In this document: piece after piece, positions 42,711 to 52,341 of the stretch
How the letters are laid out: every line of letters starts with the position of its first letter
Numbering within the stretch: position 1 is the stretch's first letter
DNA from: Bacteroidota bacterium
GTDB taxonomy: Bacteria > Bacteroidota > Bacteroidia > Chitinophagales > JADIYW01
Assembly (NCBI GenBank): GCA_016705125.1
Contig: JADIYW010000002.1
Coordinates: 73,081 to 137,080 of the forward strand
DNA: 64,000 nucleotides
Direction: 5' to 3'
Position numbers and translations under genes: made by a program
The notes under the pieces: generated by a model
What the model was told of the DNA's origin: nothing
Database searches by the model: none
The model's input: only the letters and a program-made list of their open reading frames with translations

Positions 42711-42746
42711 CATTGTCAAGTATTAGTTAATCAAATAATCAATGTT

Positions 42747-42938
42747 ATGAAAAGTATAGTGTTTTCTTTAGTATTAATCGCTACCAATTTAACGGTAGGA
42801 ATGGCATTTTACAAAATAGGCAATCAAAAAGCCGAAACTGTAATAAGTAAAATGAAAAAAGAGATGGTTGAAGAAACTTTATCTCAAATAGTTTATGTGC
42901 TACCAGAAGTATCTGTTGTTGCTCCAAGAGTAAAGTAG
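42747..42938 (+). CDS. Small membrane/exported protein (63 aa)
   Basis: ATG 42747, N-terminal hydrophobic helix, C-terminal YVLPEVSVVAPR. Confidence 0.65.
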   Translation: MKSIVFSLVLIATNLTVGMAFYKIGNQKAETVISKMKKEMVEETLSQIVYVLPEVSVVAPRVK

Positions 42939-42946
42939 AACGGGAA

Positions 42947-43108
42947 ATGAAAAAAAATTGGATTAAAGGTTTTGGATTTTTGCTAATTGTGGCGGTATTG
43001 TTGCTACATGCAATCGTTGCAGTCAATAGCTTTAAATCTTGCACTAGCGAAAACCAAAACATTCCAAATTCATTTTCAAAAAAGGTAGAATTAATTTATA
43101 AAAATTAA
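42947..43108 (+). CDS. Small membrane protein (53 aa), not in the ORF track
   Basis: MKKNWIKGFGFLLIVAVLLLHAIVAVNSFKSCTSENQNIPNSFSKKVELIYKN; fills the gap before padR with 8- and 11-nt spacers. Confidence 0.65.
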   Translation: MKKNWIKGFGFLLIVAVLLLHAIVAVNSFKSCTSENQNIPNSFSKKVELIYKN

Positions 43109-43119
43109 AAACAAAAAAA

Positions 43120-43476
43120 ATGGAATCAATTGTTGAGAACACCAAAGTGCAAATGCGAAAAGGCATTCTTGAATTGTGCATATTGGGCGTGATCAGTAAG
43201 GGTGAAGTATATACTTCCGACATTTTAGAAAGCTTAAAAGAAAGTAAACTTCTAGTTGTTGAAGGCACTATTTATCCCTTACTTACCCGCCTTAAGAATT
43301 CAGGTTTATTGGCTTACGTATGGAAAGAATCAAACTCCGGTCCACCCAGAAAGTACTTTACGCTTACACCTGAAGGCATGCAAGTATTAGATGAATTAAC
43401 CCTTACATGGGCGGAACTAGAACATGCTGTTAGAACCACTAACAAAAATTCATTAACAAACAATCAAAAAATTTAA
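43120..43476 (+). CDS. PadR family transcriptional regulator
   Basis: QMRKGILELCIL, EGTIYPLLTRL, GPPRKYF.LT..G. Confidence 0.95.
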   Translation: MESIVENTKVQMRKGILELCILGVISKGEVYTSDILESLKESKLLVVEGTIYPLLTRLKNSGLLAYVWKESNSGPPRKYFTLTPEGMQVLDELTLTWAELEHAVRTTNKNSLTNNQKI

Positions 43477-43487
43477 AATCAATTGCC

Positions 43488-45695
43488 ATGATAAAGACAT
43501 TATCTATAAATTTAGGTGGGCGTGTATTTCAAATAAATGAAGACGCTTATCAAGAACTTTCTAATTATTTAGATCACTTAAATGCATTCTATAATAATAC
43601 TGAAGGTAAGGATGAAATTATTAGCGATATTGAATCAAGGTTTGCCGAGATATTTACAGAAAAAGTAATAGATAAAGGCAGGTCGGTAGTAGCACTTCAC
43701 GATACAATGGAAGTCATTGAAATGATGGGCAAACCCGAAGATTTTGATGTAGAAAACGAGGGAGAGCCACAAAAAAAAGAGGCGAAACAGGATTCCAATT
43801 TTTTTAATGTACAAACTGGTAAAAGATTTTACAGAGATTCTGAAAATGGTGTTGTATCCGGAGTGTGTAGCGGTATCGCTTCTTATTTTGGAGTAAGTGA
43901 TCCAGTATGGATTAGACTACTTTTCATTCTACTATTTTTTGCTGGAGGAAGTAGTTTTTTAATCTACTTCATACTTTGGATTGCTATACCTGAGGCCAAA
44001 ACAAATACTCAAAAACTAGAAATGAGGGGTGAGCAAATCAATTTGGAAAATCTAGAAAAATCAGTTCGTACCGAATTAAACAAAGCGGGAAATAATATTT
44101 CCAATTTTGTATCCGGAGATAAAAATAATTCTGGATTAAGCAAAATAGTAAATTTTGTTGGAACCATTTTTTTAGGCATATTTAATGCCATATTTTGGAT
44201 AGGAAAAAATTTCTTATACTTTTTAGCCGGTATTTTATTAATTACACTTTTCATCACATTTATTTCCCTATTATTCTCTGGTTTTGCAGTAATTCCTGAA
44301 TTGACTAAACACTTTTTTGATAATTCTGCCATAGGCGTTATAGGTATAATTGGCGCAATAATGTTTGTACTTGGGCCCTTATTATTACTGATTCTTGGTT
44401 TAGTTAAAATTTGTTCGTCAAAGGTTCAGATTGGGCGACCAGCAGTATTTTCGATTTTAGGAACCACCCTAATTGGCTTAATCTTGGTTAGTATATGTGC
44501 CCTTTCAGTAAGAAAATCATTTATCGCTTCCCAAAGTGAAATAAAAAATACCGAACTTTTTATTGGCGCAAATAAACAATTGACTTTAAATGCCAATGAA
44601 ATGGAAGAAAAGGAAATTAAAGTTAACATTTTCGGCTCTAATCTTTTTCAAAATATTGATGGAAAAGGCTTAGAAATTCGGAATGTAAAACTTGAAATAC
44701 TGCCTACTTATGATACTGTATTTAGCCTAAAAACAAAAAGCTTTTCTCAAGGCAATAACAATATTATGGCAGAAAAAAATGCAAAAGCTATAAATTATGC
44801 ATTGGATGTAAAAAACGAAATGATCAATTTCAATCCCTATTTTTATAGTGGAACAACCACGAAATGGAGAAACCAACAAGTGCGATACAAATTGAGTATG
44901 CCAGAAGGTGCTACTATAGTATTGGGTAAAAACATTAAGGATATACTTTCTGATGATACATGGGAAAAAATGGATTATCAAACCATTGAGGCAGGCAGTA
45001 CGTGGAAAATGGTCAATGGAAAATTAATTTCATTAGACACTATCAAAAACCACCAAAGCGAATTTTTGAACTATTCTAATATGAAATCATTAGATTTTGA
45101 AGATTTTGACGAACTAGAATTTGCTGGAAATTTTGATGTGGAAATTAAAGCAGGAAATAAATATCAAGTACTCGTTCCAAATGATTTTGAAGCTAATGGC
45201 GAAATTTCCCAAAATGGAAGTCGACTATTTCTTGAAACAAATAGTAAAGATTTTTTGAAAAAGAATACAAATTTAGTAAAAGTAGTTATCGTTTCTCCAT
45301 CGATAAATGTAATAAAATTAGTTGGGGCAACAATTGCTAATATGAGTGGTTTTGGCACCGGAGATTTGGAAGTTGTAGCTATTGGAGCCGCTACCTTTAA
45401 TGCAAATTTTAATATCGATGACTTAGACCTAAATTTAACTGGAGGAAGCAGTTCTAGATTAATTGGAAGTTGCAACAATTTAAATTTAACCTGTATTGGA
45501 GCCAGTTCATTTAAAGGTATTGATTTCGAAATAGAAGATGCAGAAATAGAAATAGTTGGAGCTAGTAATGCAAAACTTAATGTTGTTAATTCCCTAAATG
45601 GAAATGTTACAGGCGCATCATCGGTTTTTTACAAAGGCAATCCAGATAAAGATTTAGAGATAAATGGAGCTTCAGATGTAAGTTCCATAAATTAA
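43488..45695 (+). CDS. PspC-domain membrane protein with a C-terminal DUF2807-like beta-helix
   Basis: INLGG.VF.I.EDAY, EII.DIE.R.AE, R.YRD....V.SGVCSGIA.YF, YFILWIAIPEA, C-terminal GAS/GGS repeats. Confidence 0.9.
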   Translation: MIKTLSINLGGRVFQINEDAYQELSNYLDHLNAFYNNTEGKDEIISDIESRFAEIFTEKVIDKGRSVVALHDTMEVIEMMGKPEDFDVENEGEPQKKEAKQDSNFFNVQTGKRFYRDSENGVVSGVCSGIASYFGVSDPVWIRLLFILLFFAGGSSFLIYFILWIAIPEAKTNTQKLEMRGEQINLENLEKSVRTELNKAGNNISNFVSGDKNNSGLSKIVNFVGTIFLGIFNAIFWIGKNFLYFLAGILLITLFITFISLLFSGFAVIPELTKHFFDNSAIGVIGIIGAIMFVLGPLLLLILGLVKICSSKVQIGRPAVFSILGTTLIGLILVSICALSVRKSFIASQSEIKNTELFIGANKQLTLNANEMEEKEIKVNIFGSNLFQNIDGKGLEIRNVKLEILPTYDTVFSLKTKSFSQGNNNIMAEKNAKAINYALDVKNEMINFNPYFYSGTTTKWRNQQVRYKLSMPEGATIVLGKNIKDILSDDTWEKMDYQTIEAGSTWKMVNGKLISLDTIKNHQSEFLNYSNMKSLDFEDFDELEFAGNFDVEIKAGNKYQVLVPNDFEANGEISQNGSRLFLETNSKDFLKKNTNLVKVVIVSPSINVIKLVGATIANMSGFGTGDLEVVAIGAATFNANFNIDDLDLNLTGGSSSRLIGSCNNLNLTCIGASSFKGIDFEIEDAEIEIVGASNAKLNVVNSLNGNVTGASSVFYKGNPDKDLEINGASDVSSIN

Positions 45696-45724
45696 ATAGA
45701 TTTTTTTTAATGTTTTTCATCAGG

Positions 45725-45751
45725 AGGGGGATATTTTTTATCCCCTTTTTT
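45725..45751 (+). terminator. Intrinsic terminator after the PadR-PspC operon
   Basis: GGGGATA/TATCCCC stem followed by T6. Confidence 0.7.
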
Positions 45752-45804
45752 GGTTAATTATAAAATATTATTTATCTTTATTTAAACTTAAAAAAATATA
45801 TAAA

Positions 45805-46452
45805 ATGAAAAAAACGATGTTTTCTAGATTAGTGTTTTCCACAGTGCTTGCTGGTGGATTATTTTTATCTTCTTGCCAAAAGGAAAGTCCAATTCCTACA
45901 GATGCGGTATTGAAGTCAGACAAACTTTTTAACCAAGTTGTAGATTTAAATGTTGAAGCCTCAAGACCAACAGTTAAGCGAATGGCTAGTTTCACTACCA
46001 CAGCTGAACTAAAGCAATTTCAATCAGATGCCAAAATAATTGAGGCACAGCTAAAGGCAAATCCTACTGAAGAGAACAAGCAACTTGCTGCTACTTTTTT
46101 AGGGTTTGAAAGTGTGGAACAATACAATGCGCTTAACAAGCCTTTTTTGGAGAGTTTGGCAAAATTAACTGAAAAATATCCAGCTCTTCGCAAAATGAAA
46201 GAGGCTGAATTAAAAGAATTGTATGGCAAAGCCCTTACTGATGATGTAAGATATACCAATATGGTAAATCAAGAAATTGGAAATAGAGGCAACAGTGTAT
46301 TGAAAAACATCTGTTTGCTTGCAGTTACAGCAGGAACAATTGCTGCTAATACATTATTGTGTGCACCACTTGGCTTTCCATTGGGACAGCTTTGCAATTT
46401 AGGCATTTCATTAGCTGCACAAGCATTAAATGGTCTTTGTGATCTGCTTTAA
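45805..46452 (+). CDS. Lipoprotein with a hydrophobic 4-Cys C-terminal hairpin
   Basis: Lipobox LSSC(24)QKES; C-x15-C-x10-C-x14-C in the last 46 residues. Confidence 0.85.
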   Translation: MKKTMFSRLVFSTVLAGGLFLSSCQKESPIPTDAVLKSDKLFNQVVDLNVEASRPTVKRMASFTTTAELKQFQSDAKIIEAQLKANPTEENKQLAATFLGFESVEQYNALNKPFLESLAKLTEKYPALRKMKEAELKELYGKALTDDVRYTNMVNQEIGNRGNSVLKNICLLAVTAGTIAANTLLCAPLGFPLGQLCNLGISLAAQALNGLCDLL

Positions 46453-46478
46453 TAATTAAAAACAATCAAATTAATAAT

Positions 46479-46507
46479 AAAAAAAGGGGCAAACTGCCCC
46501 TTTTTTT
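46479..46507. terminator. Bidirectional intrinsic terminator
   Basis: A7-GGGGCA/TGCCCC-T7. Confidence 0.85.
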
Positions 46508-46949
46508 ATTCTATATTATGTTCAATAATATCTAATATCTTTACAACAGCTGGACAGATTTCGGCATTTTTTTTTGTCAAATCTAATATTGAATTCATTT
46601 TTCGTTGGTTGGTATGCGGGTATTCCCTGCATGCATTTGGTCGTGCTTCGTACACCGAACAATAATTATCTACACCCAAAAATGGACAAGGAGCTGGACG
46701 ATTAAAAACAAAATCGCCATCTTCATCCATTTCCAAGTATTTTACAATAAATTCGCCTGGTTTAATTTTAAAATGTTTTGCTAATCTTTCTATGTCTTTT
46801 TGGAGAAATAATGGACTTGTTGTTTTGCAACAATTAGCACATTCCAAACAATCGATTTTGGAAAATACTTCGTTATGAGCGTTCAAAAAGAGTGAGTCTA
46901 AACTTGAAGGTTTTAGTTTTTTTAGCTTTTTGAATATCTGTTGACCCAT
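46506..46949 (-). CDS. YkgJ family cysteine-cluster protein
   Basis: CLECANCC...P, PCPFL..DN.CSVYEARP.ACREYP. Confidence 0.9.
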   Translation of the reverse strand: MGQQIFKKLKKLKPSSLDSLFLNAHNEVFSKIDCLECANCCKTTSPLFLQKDIERLAKHFKIKPGEFIVKYLEMDEDGDFVFNRPAPCPFLGVDNYCSVYEARPNACREYPHTNQRKMNSILDLTKKNAEICPAVVKILDIIEHNIE

Positions 46950-46960
46950 TGGCTTTTTTT

Positions 46961-47199
46961 AGTTAATGAGTTATTGTGTTATTGGTTATTAAGTTATTAT
47001 TGGTTATAAGGTTAATGGTAATTTGTAAATAGTAATTAGTTATTTGGTTGTGAAAAGTTGACTGTTTCCTGCAATTTGGTATTTCATTCAACATTTCTTG
47101 GTTCTTGATTCTTGGTTTTATTTGTCCATTCAACATTAAGCATTTAACATTAAGCATTCAACATTATAAAAGTCTTGGCTCTTGATTCTTGGTTCTCTA
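46961..47199. repeat. Mosaic of 7- and 8-mer tandem repeats
   Basis: GTTATTG-like 8-mers (46961..47050), TTCTTGR x3 (47095..47115), CATTxAx x6 (47127..47168), TCTTGR-type x4 (47172..47199). Confidence 0.85.
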
Positions 47200-47201
47200 A
47201 A

Positions 47202-47546
47202 TCACTTAACCTTAACCTTATGTCCTTCCTTTTCCAAAAATTCTTTAATTTTAACTTTCAAATCACCTTGAATTATAATTTCACCATCCTTAGCAGTTCC
47301 TCCTACTCCACATTTCGTTTTAAGCATTTTGCCTAATTGTTCCAATGCCTCATCAGGGCCTTCAAATCCTTCTATTATGGTTACTGTTTTTCCCTTTCTT
47401 CGTTTGCTATCCTTAAACACTACTAATGATTGCTTAATAAAACTAGGTTTATCTTCCAATAATGGTTCAATTTCATCCTGATTAGAGTCATCTGGTAAGT
47501 TTAAACTACTCAGTTTACTTTTCCAATCTTCTTCTTGCTTAGGCAT
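47202..47546 (-). CDS. SUI1/YciH-family translation initiation factor
   Basis: RKGKTVTII.GF, LK.KCGVGGT.KDGEI.IQGD. Confidence 0.93.
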   Translation of the reverse strand: MPKQEEDWKSKLSSLNLPDDSNQDEIEPLLEDKPSFIKQSLVVFKDSKRRKGKTVTIIEGFEGPDEALEQLGKMLKTKCGVGGTAKDGEIIIQGDLKVKIKEFLEKEGHKVKVK

Positions 47547-47551
47547 AAAAA

Positions 47552-48412
47552 CTATTTGTAAATTTCTGCTTTTAAACTCAAATCCATTGCTGTTGCTGAG
47601 TGTGTAAGTGCGCCAACTGAAATAAAATCAACTCCCGTTTCGGCATACGATCGAATTGTATCTAAATTAATTCCTCCAGAAGCCTCTGTTTCAAAACGAC
47701 CCGCAATTAATTCAACAGCAGGTTTCATATTTTCTGGAGTAAAATTATCTAACATTATTCTATCAGCACCACCATTTTTAATGGCCATTTTTACTTCTTC
47801 AATATTGCGGGTTTCTACCTCAATTTTTAGGTTAAAATTATTTTTGTTTACATAATTTCTTGCGGCATCAATTGCCTTATCGATACCACCACAAAAGTCG
47901 ATATGATTATCTTTAATCATTATCATATCATACAATCCCATTCGATGATTAGCTCCACCACCAACCGTAACGGCATACTTTTCGAATGCCCTAATTCCTG
48001 GTGTCGTTTTTCTGGTGTCAATTACTTTCGACCGAGTGCCTTCAATTGCTTTTACATATTTCTGTGTTAGGGTTGCTATCCCACTCATTCGTTGCATTAG
48101 ATTTAATACCAATCTTTCTGCTTTTAAAATAGAACTAGCCGAACCTACAACATGAAATAAAATATCACCATATTTTACAATGCTGCCTTCTTCAATAAGT
48201 TGCTCTACTTTTAAATTTGGATCTACAATTTCAAAAACTGTTTTGGCAATATCGACACCACAAATAATCCCATTTGCTTTAACCAACAACTTGGCTGAAC
48301 CCAAAACTGAAACGGGGATACACGCTAATGTGGTGTGATCCCCGTCTTTAATATCTTCATCTAATGCGCGAATGATAAATTTTTCTAAACCATCCTTATC
48401 TAATCCTTTCAT
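47552..48412 (-). CDS. nadC: Quinolinate phosphoribosyltransferase
   Basis: EDI..GD.T, AER..LN.MQRMSGIAT, DTRKTTPG, HRMGL.D.IMIKDNH, EVE, MLDN, EASGG. Confidence 0.97.
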   Translation of the reverse strand: MKGLDKDGLEKFIIRALDEDIKDGDHTTLACIPVSVLGSAKLLVKANGIICGVDIAKTVFEIVDPNLKVEQLIEEGSIVKYGDILFHVVGSASSILKAERLVLNLMQRMSGIATLTQKYVKAIEGTRSKVIDTRKTTPGIRAFEKYAVTVGGGANHRMGLYDMIMIKDNHIDFCGGIDKAIDAARNYVNKNNFNLKIEVETRNIEEVKMAIKNGGADRIMLDNFTPENMKPAVELIAGRFETEASGGINLDTIRSYAETGVDFISVGALTHSATAMDLSLKAEIYK

Positions 48413-48416
48413 TTAT

Positions 48417-48818
48417 TTAACCGCGTTCAAATCTAATTTCTTGTATTAAATTGGTTCCCATAACATTTTTCAAGTAAATATAAACCCTATAACTACCCAA
48501 ATTTGTTTGCATACTCCCAATAAAAAATTGAGCGTTACCGCCTGAGGTACCATTATGGATAACCGAAAACGTCCGGGAAGAAAATTTATTTAAAAAATCC
48601 TTCACTATCATTTCCGCCTGATCAGCTCCATAATTATTCGAACTAGATTCAATTTTTACCTCTACTCTTTTATCAAAAAACTTAGCAATATCTTTACTAT
48701 TGCCCGCTTTTATTGCATTTCCAATATTTGTTTGAATATCTTGTGCAGCACCTACAGCCACAAACGCAAACAATAATATAAAGGGAAAAAGTATTTTTTT
48801 TAGTATATTTTTGACCAT
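48417..48818 (-). CDS. DUF4783 domain exported protein
   Basis: Signal peptide, I..AIK.GN...IA.FF...V, QAEMI.KDF, H.G.S. Confidence 0.8.
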   Translation of the reverse strand: MVKNILKKILFPFILLFAFVAVGAAQDIQTNIGNAIKAGNSKDIAKFFDKRVEVKIESSSNNYGADQAEMIVKDFLNKFSSRTFSVIHNGTSGGNAQFFIGSMQTNLGSYRVYIYLKNVMGTNLIQEIRFERG

Positions 48819-48911
48819 AAATATGTATTTTTGTGATTAAATTATAGCATATTTTGTGCCAAAAATACATAATTTTAATTTATTTATTAACAAAAAATTA
48901 AAAAACTACAT

Positions 48912-50432
48912 TTGAAACGTGCAATTTTAATTATAATGGATGGTTGGGGTCTAAATGATGACCCAAAAATCAGTGCTATAAAGGCAGCTAAAACGCCGTT
49001 TTTTGATTCTCTTTACGGAAAATACCCCTACTCTACACTTGTAACGCATGGCGAAAGTGTCGGCCTTCCATTTGACCAAATGGGCAATTCTGAAGTAGGA
49101 CATATGAATATTGGAGCGGGACGAGTAATTTACCAAGAATTACTCAAAATTAACAATTCGATAAAAGATGGTTCGTTTAAATCAAATAAAACCCTAGTTG
49201 AAACTTTAAATAGAGCAAAAGAAAACAATAAAAATGTTCATCTAATCGGATTAATTTCTGATGGTGGTATACATTCACACATTAATCATTTAAAAGCACT
49301 TATTGAATTAATAGAAGAAAAGAAAATAAGCAATGCATTTATTTGGGGTTTTACTGATGGAAGAGATACGGATCCCAAAGGAGGATTAAATTACTTAAGA
49401 GATTTGCAACAATTTTGTAAAAATACTCCTGTGAAAATTGCAGGCTTAATTGGAAGATATTATGCAATGGACAGAGATAAACGCTGGGACAGGATAAAAT
49501 TAGCTTATGATTTGCTTACAAAAGGAGAAGGAATAACAGAAAAAAATCCAATAGAAGCGATAGAAAAAGCATATAATAGAGGAGAAACGGACGAATTTAT
49601 TAAACCCATAATAATTCAAAATGAAAATGGAACGAACCCTAAAATAAATCCTGGAGATATTGTAATAAGCTTTAATTTTAGAACAGATAGATGTCGTGAA
49701 ATAACAGAAGTATTGACACAAAAAAACCACCCAAATAATGAAATGACAACTATTCCTTTGGAATATCTCACTATGACCGTATATGACGAAAAATTTGAAA
49801 ATATCCAACCTATTTTTACCAAAGAAAATACCAAAAACACTTTAGGGGAGATTATTTCCAAAAATGGACTTTCGCAACTTAGAATAGCTGAAACCGAAAA
49901 ATATCCTCATGTTTCCTTCTTCTTTTCAGGCGGAAGAGAACAACCATTTGCTGCAGAAGATAGAATAATGATTCCTTCTCCAAAAGTAGCTACTTATGAT
50001 TTACAACCAGAAATGAGTGCCATTGAATTAAAAAATACGGTTGTTGAAAAAATAAAAAAAAATCACCCCAATTTTATTTGTCTTAATTTTGCAAATACAG
50101 ATATGGTAGGACATACAGGTGTTTTTTCAGCAGCAATAAAAGCCGCAGAAACAGTTGACCAATGTGTAGAATCGGTTGTTACTACCGCCCTAGAAAATGA
50201 ATATACGGTTTTTTTGACAGCAGACCATGGCAATGCGGATTATATGGTAAATCCTGACGGAACACCTAATACGGCACATAGCAAAAATCTAGTTCCTCTT
50301 TTTTTAATAAATAAACAATACAAGGGTAAATTAAAACCCGGAAAATTAGCAGATATTGCACCCACTATTTTAGCCACCTTGGATTTAAAAATTCCATCGG
50401 AAATGACTGGAGATATACTTATAGAACTATGA
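48912..50432 (+). CDS. gpmI: 2,3-bisphosphoglycerate-independent phosphoglycerate mutase (TTG start)
   Basis: IMDGWG, GQ/DQMGNSEVGH, GRYYAMDRD.RW, AETEKYPHV, NFAN.DMVGHTG, TADHGNA. Confidence 0.97.
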   Translation: MKRAILIIMDGWGLNDDPKISAIKAAKTPFFDSLYGKYPYSTLVTHGESVGLPFDQMGNSEVGHMNIGAGRVIYQELLKINNSIKDGSFKSNKTLVETLNRAKENNKNVHLIGLISDGGIHSHINHLKALIELIEEKKISNAFIWGFTDGRDTDPKGGLNYLRDLQQFCKNTPVKIAGLIGRYYAMDRDKRWDRIKLAYDLLTKGEGITEKNPIEAIEKAYNRGETDEFIKPIIIQNENGTNPKINPGDIVISFNFRTDRCREITEVLTQKNHPNNEMTTIPLEYLTMTVYDEKFENIQPIFTKENTKNTLGEIISKNGLSQLRIAETEKYPHVSFFFSGGREQPFAAEDRIMIPSPKVATYDLQPEMSAIELKNTVVEKIKKNHPNFICLNFANTDMVGHTGVFSAAIKAAETVDQCVESVVTTALENEYTVFLTADHGNADYMVNPDGTPNTAHSKNLVPLFLINKQYKGKLKPGKLADIAPTILATLDLKIPSEMTGDILIEL

Positions 50433-51043
50433 ATTTAAACGTTTTTAATTTTTCTTATTTGAAAAATACCATCTTTCTTGTCCTCTCCTTGTTTTTTATT
50501 TGTACTATTTCCTGCAAAAAAACAGAAACTGTTTCGAGCAATTCAAATAATAAAATAAGCATTTTCTTTCCATTAGATTCATTTGCAAATGCGGAACTAG
50601 AAAGGCATTTAAATATTAAAACTCAAGTTGAAAAAACGATAAGTTTGAATAGCAAAACCGAAAAACATCTTTTCGACTTGGATACTACTGGATGGAAAAA
50701 AGAGCTATCTCCTTTATTTAAAAATGATATTAATAAAGTAGCTTGGGTTGATAAATTTAAACAAGAGGAAATCAAAAAATCGAATGGTGAATATTCCTTA
50801 ATTTATACCACTTTTGCTAAAGAAATAAAAGTAAAAAAGTTACAAATTGATTTCGATAGTTTAGACCATGTTCAACTAATTACAATAATTATCGAATCCA
50901 ACAATCTTATTTTTCAAGCGGATCAAAAATATACCTATTCACCAACACAAGGCTATACCCTATTTAGCGATCAGAAAGCTTTATTTTTAAGTAAAAATTC
51001 GCTTGAAGTAAGAGGCAATTTCATAAATTCAAAACCATTATGA
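50429..51043 (+). CDS. Hypothetical lipoprotein
   Basis: Lipobox TISC-KKTE; 4-nt overlaps with both gpmI and hisS. Confidence 0.75.
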   Translation: MNLNVFNFSYLKNTIFLVLSLFFICTISCKKTETVSSNSNNKISIFFPLDSFANAELERHLNIKTQVEKTISLNSKTEKHLFDLDTTGWKKELSPLFKNDINKVAWVDKFKQEEIKKSNGEYSLIYTTFAKEIKVKKLQIDFDSLDHVQLITIIIESNNLIFQADQKYTYSPTQGYTLFSDQKALFLSKNSLEVRGNFINSKPL

Positions 51044-52341
51044 ATCCAAGAGTTTTTAAAGGAGCACGAGACTTCTTACCAGAACAAATGCTACATCGCG
51101 AACGAATTACATCAGTAATGCGTTCCGTTTTTAAGAAATATGGATTTGCTCCATTAGAGACACCAGCTATTGAGTATTTAGACACCCTTACTGGAAAATA
51201 TGGCGAAGATGCCGATAGATTAATTTACCGTTTGGATTATAAAATTGGCTCTAAAGATGCCGCTGCCTTGCACTACGATCTTACCGTTCCATTTAGTAGA
51301 GTAATGGCTATGAATCCGCATTTGGCTATCCCTTTTAAACGATACCAAATACAACCCGTTTGGCGAGCCGACCGACCACAACCACACCAAGGACGATTTA
51401 GAGAATTTACTCAATGCGATTGCGATGTAATGGGAACTAAATCTATGGTTGTAGATGCAGAGTTGATTGCCATAACCTATGAAGTATTAAAAGTCTTAGG
51501 TTTTGAAAATTTTTTAATCAAAATTAATAATAGAAAAATTCTTAATGGTCTAACCCAATATGCAGGATTAACTGCAGAATTTACTGGTGAGATTTGTCGT
51601 TCGATTGACAAATTGGATAAGGCACCATGGGAAGAAGTAGAAAAAGAATTGGAAGAAAAAAATATTCCAAAAACTGCTATTGAAAAAATAAAAGCACTTT
51701 TATTGGGCAAAAACCTAAGTATTGAAAATCTTAGAATTGCATTTGCAAATATTCCATTGGCTTTAGAAGGACTTGATGAATTGACTGAAATTTTTAAACT
51801 CCTTGAAATTTTCGAAATTGATTCCAAAAATTACACTTTCGATTTAAGTTTGGCTCGTGGATTAGATTATTATACAGGCCCTATATTTGAAACAAAATTA
51901 CCGCTTCATCCGCACATTGGCAGTCTTACTGGTGGTGGTAGATATGATGAACTAATTGGTTTAATTTCTGGAAAAGAAATGCCAGCTGCTGGAATTTCCC
52001 TTGGCCTTGATCGGATTTATACAGCAATGGAACAATTAAATATGCTATCAGATATAAAAACATCTACTAAGGTTTTAATTGCAAATTTTTCTTCCGAAAC
52101 ATATGTTCCATCTCTACAGTTATTGCATCAATTGCGTGCTATTGGCATTCCTACAGAATTTTTTCCAGAACAAGCAAAAATGAAAAAACAATTTAGTTAT
52201 GCTGATAAATTAAGTATTCCTTATGTTTTAATTTTAGGGGAAGAAGAGTTAAAAATGGGAAAAATCTCGCTTAAAGAAATGAAATCGGGCGACCAAATAT
52301 TGATCGAAATAAATGATATAGAAAAAGAAATTTCCAAATAA
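51040..52341 (+). CDS. hisS: Histidine--tRNA ligase
   Basis: KG.RDFLP, ETPAIE, YDLTVP, GRFREF.QCD.D, LARGLDYYTG, GGGRYD.L. Confidence 0.97.
   Translation: MNPRVFKGARDFLPEQMLHRERITSVMRSVFKKYGFAPLETPAIEYLDTLTGKYGEDADRLIYRLDYKIGSKDAAALHYDLTVPFSRVMAMNPHLAIPFKRYQIQPVWRADRPQPHQGRFREFTQCDCDVMGTKSMVVDAELIAITYEVLKVLGFENFLIKINNRKILNGLTQYAGLTAEFTGEICRSIDKLDKAPWEEVEKELEEKNIPKTAIEKIKALLLGKNLSIENLRIAFANIPLALEGLDELTEIFKLLEIFEIDSKNYTFDLSLARGLDYYTGPIFETKLPLHPHIGSLTGGGRYDELIGLISGKEMPAAGISLGLDRIYTAMEQLNMLSDIKTSTKVLIANFSSETYVPSLQLLHQLRAIGIPTEFFPEQAKMKKQFSYADKLSIPYVLILGEEELKMGKISLKEMKSGDQILIEINDIEKEISK

Noticed and set aside
46963-47157. 64-aa minus-strand ORF
   Set aside because: It is a translation of the tandem-repeat mosaic (Asn/Ile/Thr runs), with no coding evidence.
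46961-47199. Possible CRISPR array
   Set aside because: Units are 7-8 nt and contiguous, with no 25-45 nt repeats, no unique spacers and no cas genes.
48907-48914. TACATTTG promoter match at the gpmI start
   Set aside because: Its TTG is the start codon itself, so it cannot be the gpmI promoter; probably coincidental.
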